Part shown: piece after piece, positions 29,800-36,708 of the stretch
Position numbering within the stretch: the first letter of the stretch is position 1
Layout of the letters: the number at the start of each line of letters is the position of its first letter
From: Nitrospirota bacterium
Lineage (GTDB): Bacteria > Nitrospirota > UBA9217
Reading direction: 5' to 3'
Length of the DNA: 64,000 nucleotides
Assembly (NCBI GenBank): GCA_963751455.1
Contig: CAVVUN010000009.1
Coordinates: 256,001-320,000 of the forward strand
Position numbers and translations under genes: made by a program
The notes under the pieces: model-generated
Told to the model about the DNA's origin: nothing
Database searches by the model: none
Seen by the model: only the letters and a program-made list of their open reading frames with translations

Positions 29800-31581
29800 C
29801 TGCTCGATAAATAGCTCTGAACCTCTTTTTATAGATCGGTTGAACATAATACCGATCTCGCCGGAATGAGCCTCGTCAACGCTTTTATCGTCTATTTGTA
29901 TAGACTTCACAACAGCTACCGCGTAGCTTGAATTCTTTTTTACAATTATCTTCATGTTTCTTGTGATATGAATTCTATTGATGTTTTTTACGATCGCAAT
30001 TTTCCCATCCTGATAGTATTCTTCGGGAACGCCAATGGAAATAAGGTTTTCGGGTTTTAATTCAATTAATCCCACTTGAAACAATTTATTGCGGACATGT
30101 TCCTTAGTTATTATGCCGTCTTCAACCATGAAGTATGCTTTGTACAACTCAAAAGTTGTTAATAGGCCACGCTTATCCAAAAGCGCATCTCCTATCTGGA
30201 CGTCTGAAAAAGGAGGATTAAGCCTGCTGTGAGGAGGTATATAACGCTGATGATTAACTATATACAGCCCAAAAACATCAAACCGATTTCTCTGCTCGGC
30301 TCTTCGAAATCTAATTTTGGATATCTGTGAGCAATCCTTGTCTGTGGATGTGCCACTGATGCCCTTAACCTCGATAACAAGAAGTCCTTTTTCATTTTCT
30401 ACTTGCAAATCCTCTTCCTTAATTTCTAATTCCAACTCGTCCATGTTTACGACGGATTCAAAGCCTAACCAGTTAAGAAAATATTCGACTGCCTTTACAA
30501 GCTTATCGCCGGTTTCAAATATAAGTTCATGAAGAAAGTGATATTTAATTCTATTTTCACTTAGCAATCTATCCAAATCATGAATATCTTTTTGATATTT
30601 CTCTTCGAGATTTTTCTTAGCCTCAATAAGGGCATTTTCACCAGGGAGTAAATATTCTCCACTTTTTAGCCATCCGAATTGACCATGAAATGGAAACAAT
30701 TCTGGGTAAATTTCGGGAAGATAAACGTTGAGTAGGTCAGAAAGAAATTTTCCCTTATTCTTGATATCGGGAAAAACTAAAATCAATCCTTCGTCATAAA
30801 AGTGACTAAAACTAATTATTTCCCCATTATCATTGACTAACAATGGCAAGAAAGATTTCATTTTCACATTCTTTCCATCTTTCCATTCTGTCGGATGGGA
30901 AAAAACTATATTATAGGTTGAGCCATCCAGATATTTTTCAAGAAGTGGAGACAATTTAGTCTCACTCTCCGGAAGTTTTATTTTATTACCAGACTTATTT
31001 TTCGAGGATGGTAAGCCACTATAGAAATCAAGATTTGAATATTCTTTTTCGCTCGTAACATTAGCATAACGGTCATTAATTTCTACGAATTGATAAGAAA
31101 CGCTCTCTTCTTGAGGAGAGAAGCATATGACGACAGACTCTTTTTTTAGTATTTCTGCAATTTCTTTGGCGATGACATAAATAGACAGAGGCCTCGGATC
31201 GAAAATCGTTTGCGGATATTTGCAAAGTAGAGCATGTGCTTTTTTGTCCTTTGTTCGGTCTATGCTGTGATCATTATCTTTATACTCAATACTTTTCTCT
31301 CTAGTCATATCAAAAATGACTATGTCAAACTCGTGAAGATTTGCAGGAATTCGATAATTGAGCAATAAGAAATGTTCAGAATGGCGTTCGTTATTTGGAA
31401 CTTTTACGCAGGTTCCGGTACTTGCCACCTCATGCTTAAAAAGGTTTGAACTTAGAAGCTTCGAGACGTCATCATCAGTATCAAATAAACATATCAATGG
31501 CCTTTCATGAGGAGATGCGCTTTGAACCTGAGCATCTTTTATTGTTCCCAAAGTGTCTTTCTTTTTTTTCGTTTTAAACAT
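29794..31581 (-). CDS. PD-(D/E)xK nuclease with C-terminal EF-Tu domain II/U32-C-like beta-barrel (595 aa; cassette gene)
   Basis: TGDKLV.AV..FL..LGF, EEDLQV..LVIEVKG; C-terminal IG...YY...IAIV..VKSIQIDDKSVDEAHSGEIGI..IKRGSELF; very AT-rich. Confidence 0.7.
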   Translation of the reverse strand: MFKTKKKKDTLGTIKDAQVQSASPHERPLICLFDTDDDVSKLLSSNLFKHEVASTGTCVKVPNNERHSEHFLLLNYRIPANLHEFDIVIFDMTREKSIEYKDNDHSIDRTKDKKAHALLCKYPQTIFDPRPLSIYVIAKEIAEILKKESVVICFSPQEESVSYQFVEINDRYANVTSEKEYSNLDFYSGLPSSKNKSGNKIKLPESETKLSPLLEKYLDGSTYNIVFSHPTEWKDGKNVKMKSFLPLLVNDNGEIISFSHFYDEGLILVFPDIKNKGKFLSDLLNVYLPEIYPELFPFHGQFGWLKSGEYLLPGENALIEAKKNLEEKYQKDIHDLDRLLSENRIKYHFLHELIFETGDKLVKAVEYFLNWLGFESVVNMDELELEIKEEDLQVENEKGLLVIEVKGISGTSTDKDCSQISKIRFRRAEQRNRFDVFGLYIVNHQRYIPPHSRLNPPFSDVQIGDALLDKRGLLTTFELYKAYFMVEDGIITKEHVRNKLFQVGLIELKPENLISIGVPEEYYQDGKIAIVKNINRIHITRNMKIIVKKNSSYAVAVVKSIQIDDKSVDEAHSGEIGIMFNRSIKRGSELFIEQA

Positions 31582-31617
31582 TTTATCAAACCTCTATCAA
31601 CAATTTGCTCCGATAAC

Positions 31618-33425
31618 GAGTCTGTAGAAAAAGTCATTTTGCGAGAGATCTTTTTATCGCATCTCGTCTTTGATCCAACCTGTGTGCTCAGATTATCGGT
31701 TCGTTTTGATGATCTGCTTCGTGAGTGCCCCGGTTTCTATTCGGGTTGCCTTTCATTTACTGCTTTTTTGCTGCTCTTAACCATGCTTCTCACGCAAACC
31801 CCGGCCCGTATCGATGCACCTTCAGAAGATTGTGCACAATGCAGTAGAGCCGCCACTGGATGCTCACCTTCTTTTTCCCTCTGAGACTGAATCGATCCAG
31901 GCCGAGACTGGAACGGATGTCGGCAAAGACGGGTTCGACCGTCGCCATCCTTCTTCCATAGATCAGCTTGCCCGCTACCGAATCTATCTTCTCCCGCATC
32001 TTCTGCGTGAAGGTCTTGGTCTTGTTGCTCGGTCTTCCCGGTAAAGTGCGCGAACTGGCGGGTTACGGTCACATCGGGATTCTTCATGCACTTTGCTCTG
32101 AATTGGCAGGGGATGCAGTCTCTCTTGGTTCCATGGTACTTGATGGCGTGTAGTCCATTATGGATTGCGTTGCCGCTTTTGTACATCCGTTTCCCGGCCG
32201 GGCAGATGCAGAAGCTCTTGTCAGGGCTTACCGTGAAGTCGCGAGGCTGGAAGATGATGGCTCGGTCGAATCTTTTCGCGACCTCTTTATTGAACCGCTC
32301 CTTGTGTCGGTCCGCATCGGCGAACCGGGGATCGCGGTGACGGAATTTATTGTCTGCGATGTATGCGTCGATGCCGTCCTCGATTACCATCTCCACGTTC
32401 TTTTCGGAGTGGAAGCCGCTGTCGCTGGTCAGTTTGGTCTTTTTGAAGATGTCTTCTTCTTTCCCGATCGCCTTGAAGTTCTCCCGCGTTCCTTCGACCA
32501 TGGGTTTCAGTATTGCGGATTCGGAGTCTCCGGTCGCCTCTGCATGGACCACGACCTGATGCTTGCTGTCGACCATCGCTACGCCGTTGTAGCCCTGGAC
32601 GACGCCGTGGGAGGTCTTCATGTTGGCGCTTTCATTGTCGGTGATGTTGCTCTTCCTCGGTTTGCCCTTGCTGCCGGGCTTGTCGTCGTTTTCCTCGAGC
32701 CAGGCTTTGATCTTTTTGACCTTCGCCTTGAGGGTGGAAATGTATTGCTCTTCCTTCTCTATGACCGCCTTGTCGGTCTCGGTTTTGTCTCGTTCCTTAT
32801 GCTTGCGCGATGATCTGCCGGATGGCCTTTTCCATCTTCTCTTTTTTATGCTGGAGATCTTTCTTGGTTCCGCTCCATTCCTTTGAAGCATTCGAGGGGA
32901 GCTTGCAGCCGTCTACCGCGAACATCTCTTTGCCGATCAGGCCCATCTCGTCGCAGATAAGAAGGACTTCGAGGAAGAGCTTGATCGTTTCCTGGTCATG
33001 CGAGGAGATGAAGTCGGCTATCGTCGTGAAGTGCGGCCGGGTGTCGGCGGAGAGGGCCATGAAGATGACGTTCTCGTTGCAGCAGTCGGCGATCTTCCGG
33101 CTTGAGGTGATTCCCTTCGAATAGGCGTACAGGACGATCTTTAAGAGAATCCGGGGATCGTAGGCCGGGGCGCCGGTCTCGTCGTTCTTGTAGCGAAGGT
33201 CAAATGCGGAAAGGTCGAGTTCGTTGTCGATGAGATAATGAAGCGTGTGTTCGAAGGTGCCGTGAAGGATCTGTTTATCGAAGTTGATCGGAATGAACTT
33301 GCCTTGGGAATAATCGTACTCCTTGTATTTCGCCATACGCCTCCCGTGGGTGAGGGGTATTTGATGATTCCTTACAGCGTTTTGATGGCGTCATTATAGC
33401 ATAAAATGACTTTTCCTACAGGTTC
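31618..33425 (-). mobile_element. IS1182-family insertion sequence, 23-bp imperfect terminal inverted repeats, 3-bp AAC/GTT target duplication
   Basis: GAGTCTGTAGAAAAAGTCATTTT (31618-40) vs GAACCTGTAGGAAAAGTCATTTT (rc of 33403-25); AAC at 31615-17 and 33426-28. Confidence 0.9.
31790..33336 (-). CDS. IS1182 DDE transposase in three frameshifted pieces
   Basis: GAPAYDPRILLK..Y, PHFTTIADF, AVDGCKLPSNAS, TDNES..MK, GYN, DSGF, VEPVFA. Confidence 0.9.
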
Positions 33426-33480
33426 AACACGCGCCTGACGCGCCGCCTTTGGCGCGTCGCTGTCGAGGCGCACGTTAATA
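33426..33480 (-). other. attC site interrupted at R' by IS1182
   Basis: Minus strand: TATTAAC GTGCGCCTCGAC...GTCAGGCGCGT GTT[IS]GTTATCG. Confidence 0.85.
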
Positions 33481-33495
33481 CTCTCTAAAAATAAT

Positions 33496-34377
33496 TTATC
33501 TGGGGCCGCCGTGCTCCCAAGCCATAAAAAATAATAATTGCAGCGGAGAGGTTACAACGTCAAAAGCAACGGTCAGCGGCGTGCCTATGCTCCTTATAAC
33601 GAGAGGGTAATCATATATTTTCTCTGGTCGAAAAAGATAGAATTTTATCGGAAGAGGCTGTTTTTCCTGTGGCAAGATTGCCATCCATCCGCTTGTATCA
33701 AACTCTTTTAGAATAACTGCGTCTGATTTATAACAACATAGCGAATAATAGTATAAATGAGATCCGTCAGGTTTATAATTATAAGAAAAATCAGATGGAA
33801 GAATAATCGAAGGATAATGAAAATAGCTATGAAATGGCGGAATCGCTTCGACGTGTTGGGATCGTGAGCCCACAAGCGAGGAAGACTCGCGGTCTTTAAA
33901 GTAAGTGCCTATCACAGATGGTAGCTTGAATGTGACATTTAATTCCCAACTATTATTTTTATCAACTTTTATTGCGTAGAGATCAATTGGACTAATTAAG
34001 CTTTTAAATAATGCTTCATAGTTTGTTTTTATAAATGAATCAGGGTTTCCTGGAATATAAGAACCTTTTTCTTTTATAATAAGGAAGCCATCTAAAACCC
34101 CGGGAAAGGATTTATTTTCTTTTTGATCTTGTTTAATGTGAAATGGGACACAATAGGTTTTAAAATTTACGGCCTTCGATTCCCCATGAGAATCGTCAAT
34201 TTTCCCTTTATCATAGCTGACATAAATTTGATCAGCCTCGCCAATCATCAACTTCTCTGCTCTAACCCCTTGCTGATGGTTCCACAATAAAGTCGTGGCA
34301 CATCCGCTGCATACTGAAGAGATAAACAAAAAGAGACTAAATAGAAGTATCTTCCTTGGCTTCTTAAAATACGCCAT
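33496..34377 (-). CDS. hypothetical lipoprotein (cassette gene)
   Basis: Lipobox-like VCSGC/AT; C-terminal TPLTVAFDVVTSPLQ; AT-rich; followed by attC. Confidence 0.7.
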   Translation of the reverse strand: MAYFKKPRKILLFSLFLFISSVCSGCATTLLWNHQQGVRAEKLMIGEADQIYVSYDKGKIDDSHGESKAVNFKTYCVPFHIKQDQKENKSFPGVLDGFLIIKEKGSYIPGNPDSFIKTNYEALFKSLISPIDLYAIKVDKNNSWELNVTFKLPSVIGTYFKDRESSSLVGSRSQHVEAIPPFHSYFHYPSIILPSDFSYNYKPDGSHLYYYSLCCYKSDAVILKEFDTSGWMAILPQEKQPLPIKFYLFRPEKIYDYPLVIRSIGTPLTVAFDVVTSPLQLLFFMAWEHGGPR

Positions 34378-34408
34378 CGGGAACCTTTCATGACATGTCT
34401 AATGAAAA

Positions 34409-34503
34409 CATTAATGCGGCAGCTGAGCCATGACCCCGAAGGGGTTCTCCCGGCGTGGTTTTCGCGCCGGGTTAGGAGCGATGGCTCAGCTGCCGCATTC
34501 TCG
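34409..34503 (-). other. symmetrical attC-like element with perfect 19-bp arms (AAT...ATT core)
   Basis: AATGCGGCAGCTGAGCCAT (34413-31) / ATGGCTCAGCTGCCGCATT (34481-99) enclosing small hairpins. Confidence 0.6.
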
Positions 34504-34518
34504 CGGCGCGAAGCGCCG

Positions 34519-34571
34519 GGAGAATCGCGCCGGTCACGCGCCGTCCGACGCTGTGGACCGGCAGGTTGGAA
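34519..34571 (-). other. short attC site (53 bp) of a gene-less cassette
   Basis: Minus strand: TTCCAAC CTGCCGGTCCAC...GTGACCGGCGCG ATTCTCC; extrahelical C. Confidence 0.7.
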
Positions 34572-34582
34572 CTTATTATATT

Positions 34583-34680
34583 TTGCAATGCAGCAGCTAA
34601 GCCTTACTTGATAGCGACCGACGGAGAGGTAGCGCAAAAAGCGAAGCTGTCAAGCGTCGGGCTCCAACTGATTGTTAGAG
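34583..34680 (-). other. attC site (98 bp)
   Basis: Minus strand: CTCTAAC AATCA GTTGGAGC ... GCTTAGC TGCTGC ATTGCAA; overlaps the 3' end of the HEPN gene. Confidence 0.75.
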
Positions 34681-35393
34681 AGAGCATTTTCATGTTTGGC
34701 TATTTCTTCTTTCAGCTCGTGAGCTCTAGCCGCAATATCTTTCCGTATACAATCTAAAACATACTTGTAACTATCCTCTCCAAACATTGATGTGGAGTAT
34801 GCGAGCGCTCCGAATAGCAAACTATATTTATTGATGATACTAATGGCTCGTTCCAAGAGAACTTCGATTTCAGCAAATTTCAACGGATCGAGCACGACAC
34901 TGTTCGGAGAAAGCGTTTCTTGCGGGTTTCTGTGCGCGCCTATATTATTCCTCCAGGCAAGGAGATGACGGACCCGGGGGTCTGCGCTAGACACAAAGGC
35001 AATGTCCGACTTCAGTTCATCCTTATCGGGTATTCGAGAGTCATTTGCCAAGCTTTCAACGAAAGGATTGTCTTTCAGCCTTTTAATAAATTCTGGAGTA
35101 TCGAATATGTGTAGGTTGGCTTGGATTGTTGCCAGAAGGCGCGGGAGGCTAAGAGATGATGTATGAGAATCGTAAGCACGACACAATCGCAACAAGGTTG
35201 CATCTACCTGGGCATCTATGGCCAGATTCCAGAAAGCGGCGGATTGATTTAGTTCGGTGACGTATTCGGGTATTGCGTTGTTAAGATTTTGATACAAATG
35301 GAAATGGACATGTGCATCAACGATGTCTCGGGCCAAGCCTTTCATCAGCGAGTCGAATTCTGCCGAGTTCTTTATTCGCATCGGCTTACTCAT
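34650..35393 (-). CDS. HEPN-domain protein (AbiU2-like; cassette gene)
   Basis: LLRLCRAYD....SL..L and Rx5H motif WRNNIGAH; predicted all-helical. Confidence 0.75.
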   Translation of the reverse strand: MSKPMRIKNSAEFDSLMKGLARDIVDAHVHFHLYQNLNNAIPEYVTELNQSAAFWNLAIDAQVDATLLRLCRAYDSHTSSLSLPRLLATIQANLHIFDTPEFIKRLKDNPFVESLANDSRIPDKDELKSDIAFVSSADPRVRHLLAWRNNIGAHRNPQETLSPNSVVLDPLKFAEIEVLLERAISIINKYSLLFGALAYSTSMFGEDSYKYVLDCIRKDIAARAHELKEEIAKHENALSNNQLEPDA

Positions 35394-35402
35394 GACTGTT
35401 CT

Positions 35403-35486
35403 CCCTAATGTTTAGGCTTCTTTCCGAGCGCCAAAAACGAAGTCCAAGTCTCGGGGCGCTCTCGCTCAGAAAGAAGCTGGTTGGAC
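35403..35486 (-). other. attC-like site at the IS91 end
   Basis: Minus strand: GTCCAAC CAGCTTCTTTCTGAGCG...CGCTCGGAAAGAAGCC TAAAC ATTAGGG; left spacer shortened. Confidence 0.6.
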
Positions 35487-36010
35487 TAAGCCGTTCGCGC
35501 GCCACGGTCTATGGAATTTCAAATGATTTCGCTTTTAAAGATTGGTCAATCTGAGCAGTGTATCCGGGGGCATGAGATGTTTTGCGAGGTCTGTTCCGGT
35601 GAAAAGCGGCACTTCCGGACAAATCCGCAAGCCCCTTTCATTGACGACTATACAGGAATCGAGGCTTTTGGGCAATAGGATATCGTTGCGAAACACAAGG
35701 CTGTTTTCGGGGATTGGGCACCGTGTCAGGTTATCGCGTTCGAGTGCGGTCGTCATATACGCGGAGGTCCTTTACAGCGCGCGGGCAGTATCGTCTCCGT
35801 TCTCATCGTTCGTTCCCCACAGTTCGGGCACTTGCCGACTTCGAACCCGGTAAGTCGAAGCAGTCGCTCCTGCCAGGTCTCGGTCTTCTCTTCCGGCTGC
35901 TTTCGCTCAGCCGTCTCAGCCCCAAGAAGCTCCCTTGCCCGCTCGATTTTCATCCTCCGGCATCGATTTCCCAAAAATCCGTAGTGCCTGATCTTGACGA
36001 ACCTGTGACT
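35487..36010 (-). mobile_element. IS91-family remnant (transposase C-terminus and downstream end)
   Basis: FVKIRHYGFLGNR...CPNCG..M...GPP; oriIS-like TTTGAAATTCCATAG near 35508-35525. Confidence 0.75.
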
Positions 36011-36060
36011 TAAAATCTCCATTGATCAGGAGTAAGAATACCAGAATCTAATAATTCCCC

Positions 36061-36076
36061 TATGACCTGGGTCATA
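36061..36076 (-). promoter_or_regulatory. Crp/Fnr-type palindromic site
   Basis: TATGAC-CTGG-GTCATA; TATTCT ~29 nt downstream on the minus strand. Confidence 0.45.
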
Positions 36077-36115
36077 CGTATGGAGACAAAAGCGAGCTAC
36101 GCGGCTCAGGAGATT

Positions 36116-36430
36116 TCAGTCAACCGGCGTTACCACGGCCATGACTACGAGATCGGATCCCTTGTTCGCCTCGAAGCCATGGGGAACTGACGGATCGCAG
36201 AGAATGGCTGTTTTTTCTCCAGCTTCGATCTTTTCATCTCCTACAGTGAACGTGCCCTTGCCCTGGACACAGTACATCATGAGCCGTAGCGGCGCCTTAT
36301 GGGGTTCGAGCTTCTGGCCGGCCTTCAGGCACATGAGTGCGACACGCATTTCAGGCTTGTCCGAAAGCATTTCCCGGGAAATCCGGTCAGGGCTGAACCT
36401 GATGAGAGTGTTGATATTAAGCACGTCCAT
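36116..36430 (-). CDS. cupin domain protein
   Basis: GQKLEPHKA...GKGTF.VG....PHGFEA; GGAGG RBS before ATG at 36430. Confidence 0.85.
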   Translation of the reverse strand: MDVLNINTLIRFSPDRISREMLSDKPEMRVALMCLKAGQKLEPHKAPLRLMMYCVQGKGTFTVGDEKIEAGEKTAILCDPSVPHGFEANKGSDLVVMAVVTPVD

Positions 36431-36468
36431 ATATTCCTCCTTCATGGTTTGAATAACCGAAATAATCT

Positions 36469-36628
36469 TAGCAGGCTGTTGAAAAACGATTTTTCGCAGG
36501 CTAAAGCGTCTCGACTGAGCTCGTCGAAATCCTGCGGCTACCAAAAGTCACATTGATAATCAACCAGGTAGCCGCACCCTTTAGGGTGCGTTTATGCTGC
36601 GAGAGGGACTTTTTCAGCAGCCTGCTAG
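36469..36628. mobile_element. MITE with IS5/IS1182-like terminal inverted repeats, containing a REP
   Basis: TAGCAGGCTGTTGAAAAA ... TTTTTCAGCAGCCTGCTA; internal GTAGCCGCACCCTTTAGGGTGCG. Confidence 0.75.
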
Positions 36629-36632
36629 AAGA

Positions 36633-36675
36633 AGTATAGCAGGGACTTTCGGCTGCGGGTATGACCTGAATCATA
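36633..36675 (-). promoter_or_regulatory. class II Crp/Fnr-type promoter for the cupin gene
   Basis: TATGAC-CTGA-ATCATA (36660-75) centred 29.5 nt upstream of minus-strand TATACT. Confidence 0.55.
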
Positions 36676-36708
36676 GAGTGGCTGGTGAGACTTGGAAGAA
36701 GGAAAACG

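Noticed and set aside
34400-34690. Possible CRISPR array or riboswitch
   Set aside because: No identical direct repeats with spacers and no cas genes; the structure fits attC geometry better
35535-35853. ORFs in the IS91 downstream region
   Set aside because: No recognisable protein features; likely the non-coding end of the element
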